Source of the DNA: Candidatus Latescibacterota bacterium
Lineage (GTDB): Bacteria; Latescibacterota; UBA2968; UBA8231
DNA: 64,000 bases
Direction: 5' to 3'
Assembly (NCBI GenBank): GCA_965261395.1
Contig: OZ253462.1
Location: 3,648,001-3,712,000 of the forward strand
Shown here: positions 26,877 through 36,908 of the stretch, piece by piece
Layout of the letters: every line of letters begins with the position of its first letter
How positions within the stretch are numbered: position 1 is the stretch's first letter
Translations under genes and position numbers: made by a program
The notes under the pieces: model-generated
What the model was told of the DNA's origin: nothing
The model's input: the letters and a program-made list of their open reading frames with translations, nothing else
Database searches by the model: none

Positions 26877-29749
26877 CGCGCCGCCTGTCTGCCCAGCCCG
26901 GGGAGTGGATTGACCGGACGCAGTCTATTGAATTTCGCTTTGAAGGCGAGGCGTTCAGCGGCTTTGCCGGCGATGTGATCACCAGTGCGCTGCTGGCCAA
27001 TGGCGTGCAGGTGATGGGGCGCAGCTTCAAGTACCACCGGCCGCGCGGGGCGTACAGCTTGGCCGGGCACGACGCCAACGCGCTGTTTACGGACGGGGAG
27101 CGCACGCATCTGCGCGGCGACTGCGAGCCGTTGACTGCGGGCATGGATCTGCGGGCCGTCAATGTGCTGGGCGGATTGAAGCGCGATCTGCTCCAGTGGC
27201 TGGAGCCTCTGGGCCGCTTCATGCCGGTGGGTTTTTACTACAAGGCATTTCACCGCCCCCGGTGGCTCTTTCCCTTTCACGAGCGGCTCATCCGCCAAAT
27301 AGCGGGCTTGGGCCAGATCAACCGCGACCAAGCGGCCACGGCTAGTCCCAAGGAATACGCTTGGTGCGACGTGCTGGTCGTGGGCGGTGGTGCGGCCGGG
27401 CTGGAGGCGGCAAGGGCTGCGGGAGAAGCTGGTGCTAGGGTCCTGTTGGTCGAGGAACAGGCGCGGTTGGGGGGAAGCTGGGCGTGGCAGCATGGGGGGA
27501 ACTGCGACGAGCTGGTCGAGGTGCTCGCTGGCTTGCCGAATGTCGAGATCCGCTGCGGAACGATGGCCGGCGGCCACTACGCCGACGGATGGGTTGCCCT
27601 GTTCGACGCGGTGCGGATGACCAAGGTGCGCGCTGCGGCCGTCGTCTATGCCAATGGCGCGATCGAGCAGCCCGCGGTCTTTGGGCACAACGACCTGCCG
27701 GGTGTGCTGCTCGGGTCGGCGGCCCAGCGGTTGGTGAAGTTGTACGCGGTCAAGCCGTGCGAGCGGATGGTTGTGCTAGCGGCCAATAGCGATGCGTATA
27801 GGATGGCGCTGGACATGCTCGACGCGGGGGTCGAGGTGGCGGCCATTGCCGATTTGCGCCCCAACGCGGCTCTGCCGGCCCTAGCCGAAAAAATTGCCGC
27901 CGCCGGAGTGCCGATCCACAGCGGTCACGCGGTCTATGCGGCGGTGCCCAATGGCCAGAAGAATGGGCTGCGCGCCGCCGTGGTGGCCCCTCTAGCCGCA
28001 GACGGCAGAATAGATGCCCAGCGCGGCAAAGAGATCGCCTGCGACGGCCTTGCCGCGTCGGTCGGTTGGATGCCCAACGCCGCGCTGCCCAGCCAAGCGG
28101 GGGTGCAATTCGCCTACGACGAGGCGCTGGAGCAGCTCGTGCCGCGGTCCTGTCCAGACGGGGTCTTTGTCGCCGGGCGTGTTCGCGGGGTGTACGAGCT
28201 AGACGCGCAGCGGGAAGACGGGCGGGTCGCCGGGCTTAGGGCCGCGCACTACGCCGGCCACGGCGATGGCGAGGTGCCCGCGCCTCTGCCGCCTGTGGGA
28301 GAAGCCCCTAGCCACAGCTATCCAATTTTCGCCCATCCGAGCAAAAAGGACTTCGTGGACTTCGACGAGGATTTGCACTTGACGGATTTCGTCAACGCGC
28401 ACCAAGAAGGCTACGACAGCGTCGAACTGCTCAAGCGCTACAGCACCGTGGGGATGGGGCCGAGCCAGGGCAAGCTATCCAACATGAACGCGATGCGGAT
28501 CTTGGCCAAACTCAACGGCGACACTATCGCCGCGACCGGTTCGACGACCGCCCGTCCCTTCTACCAGCCCGTGCCGTTGGGGCACTTGGCCGGCCGTCGC
28601 TTCCACCCGATGCGCCGGACGCCGATCCACGATTGGCATTGCGAGCACGGCGCGGTCTTTGCCCACGCCGGCGACTGGTATAGGCCCGAATACTATGCCC
28701 GCGGCGATGCCAGCCGCGATGAGTGCATCGTACAGGAGGCGCGGCAGGTGCGGGCTGGTCTGGGGATCATCGACGTGAGCACGCTGGGCAAATTGCAGGT
28801 CAGTGGCCCGGGCGCTGGTGAGCTACTTGAGCGCCTTTATACGAGCCGCTTCAAGAAGCTGATGATCGGCCGCTGCCGCTACGGCGTGGCACTCGACGAA
28901 AGCGGGGTCGTGATCGAGGACGGGGTGATTGCGCGGCTGGCCGAGGACCGCTTCTACGTCTCCACGACCAGCAGCGGCGCGGCGGCCTTTTACCGCGAAA
29001 TGCTGCGCTGGACCGCGATCTGGGGCTTGGACGTGACTTTGAGCAATGTCACGGGCCAACTGGCGGCGTTCAATTTGGCTGGCCCAGAAAGCCGCAAGGT
29101 GCTGGCGGAATTGACGGACATCGATCTGAGGTCGGGGCCTTTCTCCTATTTAAGGATGCGCGAGGGCGCGGTGGCCGGGGTGCGGGCAATGGTGATGCGA
29201 GTGGGTTTTGTCGGCGAACTGGGATACGAGATCCACGTGCCAGCTTGGGAAGGGGAGCACGTGTGGCGCACGCTGGCGGCGGCCGGTGCGCGCCCCTTTG
29301 GGGTGGAGGCGCAGCGCCTGTTGCGCTTGGAAAAAGGGCACTTGATCGTCGGCCACGATACGGACGCGCTGACCTATCCTCAAGAGGCGGGATTGGCGTG
29401 GACCATTGGCAAAAACAAGCGCTTCTTCGTCGGCCAGCGCAGCCTGCAAATCCACGCCGCGCGCCCCGCAAAGCGCACGCTCGTCGGCGTGCGGTGGCCC
29501 GCTGGTTTTGCCGGCAAGCTGCCCGAGGAGTGCAACTTGATCATGCGGGGCGGGTGGATTGCCGGTCGCATGACTAGCATCGCCCCGGTCTCGACGCTGG
29601 GTTATCCGCTGGGCTTGGCCTTTGTCGAAGCGGATATGGCCGCGCCCGGCACGCGGGTGGAAGTGCGCTTGGATGATGGTTCGACCAGCATGGCGGCGGT
29701 GACCGCGCTGCCCTTTTACGACCCCGAGGACGAGCGGCAGAAGCTGTGA
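26873..29749 (+). CDS. soxA: Sarcosine oxidase alpha-like / MgdC (NAD-binding plus GcvT-like folate domain)
   Basis: GTG overlaps the soxD stop; GRSFKYHRPRG, VVGGGAAG, KRYSTVGMGPSQG, DVSTLGK, GFVGELGYE, LRLEKG. Confidence 0.92.
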   Translation: MTRRLSAQPGEWIDRTQSIEFRFEGEAFSGFAGDVITSALLANGVQVMGRSFKYHRPRGAYSLAGHDANALFTDGERTHLRGDCEPLTAGMDLRAVNVLGGLKRDLLQWLEPLGRFMPVGFYYKAFHRPRWLFPFHERLIRQIAGLGQINRDQAATASPKEYAWCDVLVVGGGAAGLEAARAAGEAGARVLLVEEQARLGGSWAWQHGGNCDELVEVLAGLPNVEIRCGTMAGGHYADGWVALFDAVRMTKVRAAAVVYANGAIEQPAVFGHNDLPGVLLGSAAQRLVKLYAVKPCERMVVLAANSDAYRMALDMLDAGVEVAAIADLRPNAALPALAEKIAAAGVPIHSGHAVYAAVPNGQKNGLRAAVVAPLAADGRIDAQRGKEIACDGLAASVGWMPNAALPSQAGVQFAYDEALEQLVPRSCPDGVFVAGRVRGVYELDAQREDGRVAGLRAAHYAGHGDGEVPAPLPPVGEAPSHSYPIFAHPSKKDFVDFDEDLHLTDFVNAHQEGYDSVELLKRYSTVGMGPSQGKLSNMNAMRILAKLNGDTIAATGSTTARPFYQPVPLGHLAGRRFHPMRRTPIHDWHCEHGAVFAHAGDWYRPEYYARGDASRDECIVQEARQVRAGLGIIDVSTLGKLQVSGPGAGELLERLYTSRFKKLMIGRCRYGVALDESGVVIEDGVIARLAEDRFYVSTTSSGAAAFYREMLRWTAIWGLDVTLSNVTGQLAAFNLAGPESRKVLAELTDIDLRSGPFSYLRMREGAVAGVRAMVMRVGFVGELGYEIHVPAWEGEHVWRTLAAAGARPFGVEAQRLLRLEKGHLIVGHDTDALTYPQEAGLAWTIGKNKRFFVGQRSLQIHAARPAKRTLVGVRWPAGFAGKLPEECNLIMRGGWIAGRMTSIAPVSTLGYPLGLAFVEADMAAPGTRVEVRLDDGSTSMAAVTALPFYDPEDERQKL

Positions 29750-29829
29750 GAGGCTAGATGCCGCTCGACATTGGCAAGCGCGTCCACAAAAAGTAAAGGC
29801 CCTGTCGTCAGTCAGTACAACAGGTCCTC

Positions 29830-31838
29830 TCAAAATGCCTTCTTCGCGCTCAGGCTCCAATGCCCCCCCTGGCGATCTAGTCTGCGGGTGTATTCTACAT
29901 TGAGATAATCGAGCAGGGTCAGCGATAGGCCGAGCTCGTGGTGGAGGAGTGTAGTTGGGTCCTCGGCGAGGTCCCAAACTCGGCCCGCGGCCCCGTGCAG
30001 TGCCCAGCCCAATCCCCAGCGCTGGGCGCGCCACCCCAGCCCCAGCCACTCAAAGAGGCCGGTCCGCCAGCGCTGTTCCCAGAAAAATCCCGCGTAGTGC
30101 CGGCCTGTGTATGGGCGGTTGCGCAGGGTTTTAAATGCGCCAAAGGGGGCGACGATCACCAGACCAGCATCTAGGGTCCCGTGGCGCTGAATCGGCACCT
30201 GACCAAGACCAGCACCGGCCTGGAGCCGATAGTTGGACTCGGCCGGCCAGAGCCTGCCCTGCGCTGGCTCGACGTGCCAGTCGAGCCGGGCATCTAGGCG
30301 GGCAAAACGGGCAAAGCTCCCCATCCATTTGTCGCTGTACTCGGCCGCGAGCCGGGTGCGATGCCGCGCCAGCGCGCGCCCAAATGCAGCGCATCAACGC
30401 GGTTGGTCCACAGCTCCGACGTGAGCTTGCCCCTGACCGCTGCCGGGATGTCTACTATGTGCAAGCCGAGGAACGTCAGGCTCGTGTCGAGGTGGACCCC
30501 GGTCGCTCCGGCGACGACATCGCGCAAGAGCTCGTCGTTGACCAAGCTTTTTCGCGCTAGCGGATCCTCCTCGATCGCGGCGGGCACCTCCTCGCCCACT
30601 CGCTGTTCGTGGAGCCGGTAGAGTGCGGCGACCGCCTGCTCGGCCAGCGGCTTGGATCCTTGTTGCAAGTCCGCAAAAGCCTGCGCTTCTCGGCGGGTCA
30701 AGGGCCACTCCGCCCGCCGTTTGTCTAGGAATTTGTCCCAGGTCGGCGAGTGCGGCTCGACCAAGAGCGCTTGTCCTACGGCGAACGCATAATCGACCGA
30801 TGGCGCGTCGAACTCATAGCCCCTGAGCCGGGTCCAGCCGCGCAACCGCGCCTGCGGCGTGGGCGCGCCGCGGAGGCGAAGGATGCGTTCGCCGCCGGTT
30901 GTTGTGCCCAACCGGCCTTCGATCTCGTATTCGGTCTCCACCGGCAACCAAGCTCCATGCGCGAAGCGGGCAAAGTGCTGCCGGAGCCGGTAGCCAAGCC
31001 CGTTCTCCGTCGCGAAACCAGCCGGATGCAGCCGGCGGTTCGGCCGCAGCTGCGCCTCCACTAGGGCATACTCGCCGTCTTGGACGACCAGCGCGCCCGT
31101 CCAACCGGCCAAGGCATTGGTTTTTGGCTGTATCGAGATGAAGTAGTGGTCGTCCTTGTGGTCGACCAGTTGGAAAGAGTAGTGCGCCAGTGCCTGCGGG
31201 TGCGTCGGCCCTAAGAAAATCTGCCCATGGAGCGCGATTTCGTCGTCGTAGAGGTTGAACAGATACTTCGCCGCGGCAAAGACCTGCATTGAAGCGTTCA
31301 CGTTGGCCGTGTGCTTTTTGGCCTTTAGCTGCTCGCGCAGTCCTTTGTCCCGATCCCGATACAGCTCGGCTAGGCTCTCGCGGATCGCCGCGATGTACTG
31401 ATTGCTGTAGAGGACCTGCCGCGTATGCGCCTCGACCCGGTAGCGGTGCCCCAGCGGTGCCCACGCGCGTTTGCGGCGGATCACTTCGCGCATGATGCGC
31501 ACCGCTGGGTCGTCGTCGTCAATAATCAGGCCCTCGATCTCGAGGGGTATCGGCTGCAAACGGAATTCCAGAGGGCCGGCCTCGGCCACCAGCAACGCGA
31601 CGGGCGCGTATCCTATGTGCGTCGCCCTGAGCGTCACCGGCAACGCATCTACCACCAGCCAAAAGCCCCCCCTGCCATCGCCGATAGTCCCCCACGCTTG
31701 GCCTACCACCTCGATGTTGGCCCGCGGCAGGGCTTCTCCCGTCTCCGCATCGCGCACTACGCCCTGTACCACGACCTCGGCCTGGGAATCAGCCGCGCAG
31801 TATCCCAAGAGAAAGAAGGCAAACCAGACTATTGACAT
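29830..31838 (-). pseudogene. Outer-membrane protein with carboxypeptidase-regulatory-like N-terminus (DUF5686-like), frameshifted near 30350-30370
   Basis: Signal-like MSIVWFAFFLLG, GVVRDAETGEALP, DPAVRIMREVI; coding continues in a second frame (29830-30324) ending in a barrel-like WSLSAKKAF. Confidence 0.6.
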
Positions 31839-32066
31839 GACCCTATTGGCGGAAACATACGTTGGAACGACTAAGTATAAAGGCAAAGGTTCCAAACGCG
31901 CACTCCCCATATATTGTCTCCGTGGGCCTGCTTGCTTTAGCTGGCAGGGGGATGGGAGTGGTTTTTCTAACGGGGCCGAAGTGCTCCTTGAAGAAAAGCC
32001 AAAAAAAGCACGTCCAAACATTGATTAGCTCTTGAGGCGGTGGTGTCAACTTTAGACATTATAGTC

Positions 32067-32560
32067 ATGCAACGGGCATACCGATTTAGGCTTTATCCAA
32101 CTCAAGAGCAAGACGACCTTCTCAACGTCCTCCGGTACCAGTCTTGCGTTCTCTATAACGAGGCGTTGGATGTTCGCAAGAAAGCCTATCGGACTAAGGG
32201 ACAGACGCTCAACTTTGTCTCCCTCTGGAGTCGCTTTAAGGCCGACAGAAAAGAGCGGCCCGAAGACTTTGGTCTCTTGAATGCAACGCAAGTTCGTCCT
32301 TACTCAGCGATTGGGACGTTGGTATGTTCAAAGCTATGGTCGGTTACAAGGCTGAAAGTGCTGGTTGCCAGCTTGTAGCTATTGACCCTAAGAACACCTC
32401 TCAGCAGTGCTCTCGATGCGATGCTTGGGCGAGGAAGTCTTTGGCCGTTCGTGTGCACAAATTCTCCCGCCCTCCCCATCCTTAGCCAATGCCCATCCTC
32501 GCCGCTGTATTGCTCTTCCTTGGCTGCCGCGCCGCTCTCCTAGAAGCCGCCCTCGCCGAC
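32067..32560 (+). pseudogene. tnpB: Internally deleted tnpB (IS200/IS605 family) relic
   Basis: MQRAYRFRLYPT...LYNEAL N-terminal HTH joined out of frame to SDWDVGMFKAMVGYKAESAG...DPKNTSQQCSRC...KSLAVRVH (about 32300-32460); central region missing; 3' boundary approximate. Confidence 0.8.
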
Positions 32561-32580
32561 CGAAGCCCCGACCCCAGCTC

Positions 32581-32664
32581 CCGATGTACGGCAAGGTACC
32601 TTCGCTAAATGTCCACGTAGCCGGGGCCTTGGTGGCGTATCAGGCGTTGCTGGGGCGGCGCTAG
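32581..32664 (+). pseudogene. C-terminal relic of a SpoU/TrmH RNA methyltransferase
   Basis: PMYGKVPSLNVHVAGALVAY matches SPOUT motif 3 (IPMxGxxxSLNVxVA); no N-terminal part upstream. Confidence 0.7.
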
Positions 32665-32677
32665 GAAAGGACTGGTC

Positions 32678-34642
32678 TTGCTCCGACGAGTACCGGCTGC
32701 CTATCGCCGGCGCGTAGTGCGCCGCGACCAGACCACGGGCCGGGGTGTTACGGGGCGCGCCCTGCTCACCGGCGGCCTCTTGGCTGCCCTGATCGCCGTG
32801 GGTGTGCCCTATGGGAGCATGGTGGTGCAAGGGTCGCGGCTGGGGCTTTCGTCGGCGACGCCGGCGGCGTTTTTCTTGTTGTTCGTACTGTTGGGGACCG
32901 TGCAGGTGGCTCTGGGGGCTATGCGGCGGGAGTGGGCGTTTGGTCGCGGCGAGTTGGTGACGATCTTTGCGATGATGGCGGTGGCCACGGCCATTCCCAC
33001 GCGCGGGGTGGTAGGGATGCTGCTGCCGATGATTACCGGCACCTTCTACTACGCCACCCCGGAAAACCAGTGGGCCGAGCTGATCCATCCCCACTTGGCC
33101 GACTGGATGGTCGTCGCGGATCCAGAGGCTATCCGGGACTTTTACGAGGGCGTGGGGCGCGATGCGCCGATCCCTTGGGACGCCTGGTTGGTGCCCTTGG
33201 GGCGCTGGCTGGCGTTTTACGCGGCGTTCTATCTGGCCTTGATATGCCTGATGAATATCCTGCGCCGCCCGTGGGTCGATAACGAGCGGCTGGCCTACCC
33301 TTTAGCGCAAGTGCCGTTGGCCATGATCCAAGGCGCGGAGGAAAGCCGGGTCGCGCCCTTTTTCCGCCAGCGCCTCGTCTGGCTGGGCTTGGCCATTCCC
33401 TTTGTCCTCGGCAGTTTAGAAGCCCTGCATCACTACTTCCCCGCCATGCCCTCGCCCGTGCTGGAGACGCGGCTGTCGCTGCTGCGGCAGATCGTCGTCC
33501 TGCACCTCGACATCAACTTCCTGATGCTCGGCTTCGCCTACCTCATCGGCGTCCAACTGTCCTTTAGCCTTTGGGTTTTCTATCTGCTCCACGCCCTGCA
33601 AGAGGGCCTGCTCCGCAGTCTGCATTTGCACCACACCGCTGAGTTGGGGACGTGGTCCGATGCGGGGATGGGGCACCAGATGATAGGGGCCTGCGCCGTG
33701 CTCGTCGCTTATAGCTTATGGACGGCCCGTGCCCATCTGGCCGAGGTTGGCCGCCGCTTTTTGCGCCCTGGGAAAGACGAAGGGGAAATGGCGTCCTATC
33801 GTTTCTCCGTCGTCGGCTTGGTTTTGGGTGCGGTGGGCATGGTGTTGTGGCTGTGGCAGAGCGGGTTGTCGGTGTGGATTGCCGCGCTGGTGGTGGCGGT
33901 GGCACTGGGCCTTTTGGTCGCGCTAACGCGCATCGTCGCCGAGGCTGGTACCCCCACCATTACTCCGGGCATGGTCCCCGCTGGGTTTACTGTCAGTGCC
34001 GTTGGTGTACCGGTTTTGGGTGCGCCGGGCGTGGTGGCGCTGGGCTATACCTTCGTCTGGATCGGCGACCTGCTGGTTTTTATGACGGCCCCCTTGGCCA
34101 ATAGTCTGCGCTTGGGCAGCGAATTGGCGGGCGACCGCCGCCGGTTGCTTTGGGGCTTGGCCGCGGCCATGCTCATCAGCCTTTTGCTATCGACCTGGTA
34201 CACGCTGCGCTTGGCCTATACGCACGGAGCCGTCAACCTCCACCAGCAGTACTTTTCTACCTTTGCGGCCGAGCCATCCAAGTTCGCCGCGCAAAAACTA
34301 CTCCATCCTACCGGCCCGGACGCCATTGGCTGGCTGTGGACCGGTGGCGGTGCCTTGCTGATGAGTCTTCTTATTGGTGCGCGCAACCACTGGGCTTGGT
34401 GGCCGCTGCATCCTTTGGGCTTTGCCGCGAGTATGGGCTGGGTCATGAACCATATCTGGTGCTCGATTTTTCTCGCTTGGTTCGTCAAGACCTTGGTGCT
34501 CCGCTTTGGGGGCGCGGCTCTCTACCACAAGACCGTGCCCTTCTTTCTCGGCATAGCCCTCGGCCAGATCGTCACTGCGGGGATCTGGCTCGTCGTAGAT
34601 GGGTTCACTGGGGCGGTGGGCAACCGCCTGCCGGTGTATTAA
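32678..34642 (+). CDS. Multi-pass membrane protein, DUF6785/DUF6784-like putative transporter
   Basis: Many hydrophobic segments; YYATPENQW, WVDNERLAYPL, RIVAEAG, WWPLHPLG, PFFLGIALG; paralog of 41716-43656; start uncertain. Confidence 0.75.
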   Translation: MLRRVPAAYRRRVVRRDQTTGRGVTGRALLTGGLLAALIAVGVPYGSMVVQGSRLGLSSATPAAFFLLFVLLGTVQVALGAMRREWAFGRGELVTIFAMMAVATAIPTRGVVGMLLPMITGTFYYATPENQWAELIHPHLADWMVVADPEAIRDFYEGVGRDAPIPWDAWLVPLGRWLAFYAAFYLALICLMNILRRPWVDNERLAYPLAQVPLAMIQGAEESRVAPFFRQRLVWLGLAIPFVLGSLEALHHYFPAMPSPVLETRLSLLRQIVVLHLDINFLMLGFAYLIGVQLSFSLWVFYLLHALQEGLLRSLHLHHTAELGTWSDAGMGHQMIGACAVLVAYSLWTARAHLAEVGRRFLRPGKDEGEMASYRFSVVGLVLGAVGMVLWLWQSGLSVWIAALVVAVALGLLVALTRIVAEAGTPTITPGMVPAGFTVSAVGVPVLGAPGVVALGYTFVWIGDLLVFMTAPLANSLRLGSELAGDRRRLLWGLAAAMLISLLLSTWYTLRLAYTHGAVNLHQQYFSTFAAEPSKFAAQKLLHPTGPDAIGWLWTGGGALLMSLLIGARNHWAWWPLHPLGFAASMGWVMNHIWCSIFLAWFVKTLVLRFGGAALYHKTVPFFLGIALGQIVTAGIWLVVDGFTGAVGNRLPVY

Positions 34643-34739
34643 TTTGTGTGTGACGGAAGGATGCAAAACACAATGACGACAGCGCGACAGAGACGGACAT
34701 ATGTGGTTGTGCAGGAGGGGAGCGCATCGGCTGGCAGGC

Positions 34740-34780
34740 TTGAGACCACTCAACAGGTAATTACTATAATTACAATTATT
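34740..34780 (+). promoter_or_regulatory. Probable promoter/operator of the mazEF-like module
   Basis: TTGAGA, then TATAAT inside repeated gtaattac/taattac; the -35/-10 spacing (19 nt) is non-optimal. Confidence 0.4.
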
Positions 34781-34803
34781 CTTTTCAGGAGAAATTCCAA
34801 GCA

Positions 34804-35046
34804 ATGACAACCAGAGATGTCAAACTGATCGCCATCGGCAACTCTAAGGGCATTCGTCTTCCCAAGGCCCTACTGCAGAAATACGGCTGGGGAGACTCCC
34901 TCGTCCTCGAAGAAACCGAAGAAGGAATCTTTCTGTACAGCAACGAAAAGAACAAGCTCTCTTGGAAAGAAACCTACCGCGCCATGGCGGCTGACCGCGA
35001 AGACTGGGGCGATCTCGACACCACGGTCGCCGATGGTCTCGATTAA
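34804..35046 (+). CDS. AbrB/MazE-family antitoxin
   Basis: IAIGNSKGIRLPK swapped-hairpin motif; TAATG coupling to the toxin. Confidence 0.88.
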   Translation: MTTRDVKLIAIGNSKGIRLPKALLQKYGWGDSLVLEETEEGIFLYSNEKNKLSWKETYRAMAADREDWGDLDTTVADGLD

Positions 35047-35378
35047 TGGCGGATTTTCCGCAGCGATACGCTATCTATTTCGCCGATCTCAATCCCACCG
35101 CGGGGGGAGAAATCCGCAAGGTGCGTCCGGTGGTGGTGGTCAGTCAGAATGAGATGAATCAGTTTCTCGATACGGTCGTCGTCTGTCCTCTCTCCTCCGC
35201 ATTGCATCCTCAGTGGCGGAGCCGATTGCAGATCCAATGCGCGGGCAAGAAAGCTGAAATTGCCGTGGACCAGATCCGCACCATTAGCAAGCAGCGGCTG
35301 AGGGACCAGATCGACAGGTTGTCCGCCGAGACGGCGGCCCAACTACGCCGCCTTGGCACGGAGATGTACGGAGAATAG
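35046..35378 (+). CDS. PemK/MazF-family endoribonuclease toxin
   Basis: ADLNPTAGGEIRKVRPVVVVS, DQIRTISKQRL. Confidence 0.92.
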   Translation: MADFPQRYAIYFADLNPTAGGEIRKVRPVVVVSQNEMNQFLDTVVVCPLSSALHPQWRSRLQIQCAGKKAEIAVDQIRTISKQRLRDQIDRLSAETAAQLRRLGTEMYGE

Positions 35379-35420
35379 CGATCGCACCAAGTCCACTGGT
35401 ATTGAGGCAAACGCTTCTCC

Positions 35421-35575
35421 ATGATCACCATCACGGAATCCATTGTGGAAGATGCCGCTACCGCGAGTTGGTGCGGCTGTGCCGACGATAACGACGCCCA
35501 CGGTGCCATCGCTGAAACGCCACGCAGGCCGTCCTAGCACAGGCCGAAGTGCTGTCGGAAGGATGGGCTGCCTAG
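35421..35575 (+). pseudogene. hsdR: Collapsed type I restriction subunit R relic retaining only its two termini
   Basis: MITITESIVEDAA (35421-35459) resembles HsdR N-termini; ATQAVLAQAEVLSEGWAA* (35519-35575) resembles DUF3387-type HsdR C-termini; recognised from memory of the family. Confidence 0.62.
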
Positions 35576-35642
35576 GCAACAATTGAAAGAAAGGCAGAAA
35601 CGCCTTACTTTTGGTGATAGTAGTCAACTAGGAGCCGGAGCC

Positions 35643-35894
35643 ATGACCATCACGCTGACAGTCACCGCTAAAGGACAGATCACTCTCCGTAAAGAGGTGC
35701 TCAAGCATCTTGGGGTACAGCCCGGAGACAAGCTCAATGTCGATTTGTTGAAGGACGGACGAATGCAGATCAGGCCGAAGCGTGGGACGTCGGCTGCGAC
35801 GATCTTCGGCATGCTTGCCAAACCAGAAATGTCGCCTCTCTCCATCGACGAGCTGAACGAGACTGCTGCTGCCGGATGGGCGGGTGAGGAATGA
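35643..35894 (+). CDS. AbrB/MazE/SpoVT-family antitoxin (VapB-like)
   Basis: TVTAKGQITLRKEVLKHLGVQPGD; ATGA overlap with the PIN gene. Confidence 0.88.
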   Translation: MTITLTVTAKGQITLRKEVLKHLGVQPGDKLNVDLLKDGRMQIRPKRGTSAATIFGMLAKPEMSPLSIDELNETAAAGWAGEE

Positions 35895-36301
35895 ATATCA
35901 CTGCTGATACGAACGTCTTGGTACGTATAGTCATGCAAGATGACGCAGAACAGGCCACAGTAGCCCAAGCGTTGTTCCTACAGGCGACCGTCATAGCGAT
36001 ATCCGTTCCAGTATTCTGTGAGTTTGCTTGGGTGCTGAAACGCGGATACGCCTCCAGTGTTAATGACATCGTCTCAGCAATTGAGGCGATTGTCAGAGTC
36101 GATGCTGTTGTTACTGATCTGCCGGCGGTCGAGGCGGGACTAACTGCTTTGCGGGCGGGCGGGGATTTTGCCGATGGTGCCCTCGCTTATCAAGGCGAAA
36201 CGCTTGGCGGGACCGTGTTCGCGAGTTTCGATCGCAACGCAGTCGCTCTTTTGCGCAACGAGGGAGCGGAAGCGGCCGACCCAGCGGAACTGATTGCCTG
36301 A
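35891..36301 (+). CDS. VapC/PIN-domain toxin
   Basis: ADTNVLVR, EFAWVL, DFAD, SFDR acidic PIN residues. Confidence 0.9.
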   Translation: MNITADTNVLVRIVMQDDAEQATVAQALFLQATVIAISVPVFCEFAWVLKRGYASSVNDIVSAIEAIVRVDAVVTDLPAVEAGLTALRAGGDFADGALAYQGETLGGTVFASFDRNAVALLRNEGAEAADPAELIA

Positions 36302-36335
36302 CGTTTGGCCATCCCGACATATACGGCATTTCGCT

Positions 36336-36908
36336 ATGAATACGACGCGCAAAAGCCCCATCGCCCATCTCGTCGCCGACGCACCCGCTCCGGTGCAAGC
36401 CGCTTTGCACCATCCGGTTGATATGGTCAAGCTCGGGGCCAAAGGTCCGCGCTTGATCGAGTGGGCCGAGCAGCACGCGCTCGGCCTGCCAGCGCGGATG
36501 TACGACACGCGGCCCGTGGGAGCGGATGGGGTTTTGGCGCGAGTGGGCACGGGCGAGCTGATCTTGGAGTGCCAGCCTGGAGACGAGCTTTGGGCGCGTC
36601 TGAATGCGGCGTTGGAAGCTGCCGAGGCCGGGGTCTATCGGGTGGAGCAGCAGTCGGTGACCTTGGTGGTGCGAGGGGATGATGCCGAGGGCATTTTGGC
36701 GCAGGCTTGCGCAGTGGATTTGGCTCGTGAGCCAGTAGGGCGGATGGTGTACACGCAGGTGGCCGGGGCGGCTTGCGGGGTGCTGCCGCACGACGAGGAT
36801 GGGCAGCGCGCGTACCGCCTGTGGGTCGATTACAGCTTAGCGGCCTATCTGTGGGAAGCGCTCGCCGCCATTGCCGAGGATATCATTTGCGCCAAAACGC
36901 CGGACTGA
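36336..36908 (+). CDS. soxG: Sarcosine oxidase gamma-like / MgdD, displaced ~6.6 kb from soxA
   Basis: KLGAKGP, ILAQACAVDL, YRLWVDYSLAAYLWEAL; fits the subunit missing from the soxBDA set. Confidence 0.72.
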   Translation: MNTTRKSPIAHLVADAPAPVQAALHHPVDMVKLGAKGPRLIEWAEQHALGLPARMYDTRPVGADGVLARVGTGELILECQPGDELWARLNAALEAAEAGVYRVEQQSVTLVVRGDDAEGILAQACAVDLAREPVGRMVYTQVAGAACGVLPHDEDGQRAYRLWVDYSLAAYLWEALAAIAEDIICAKTPD

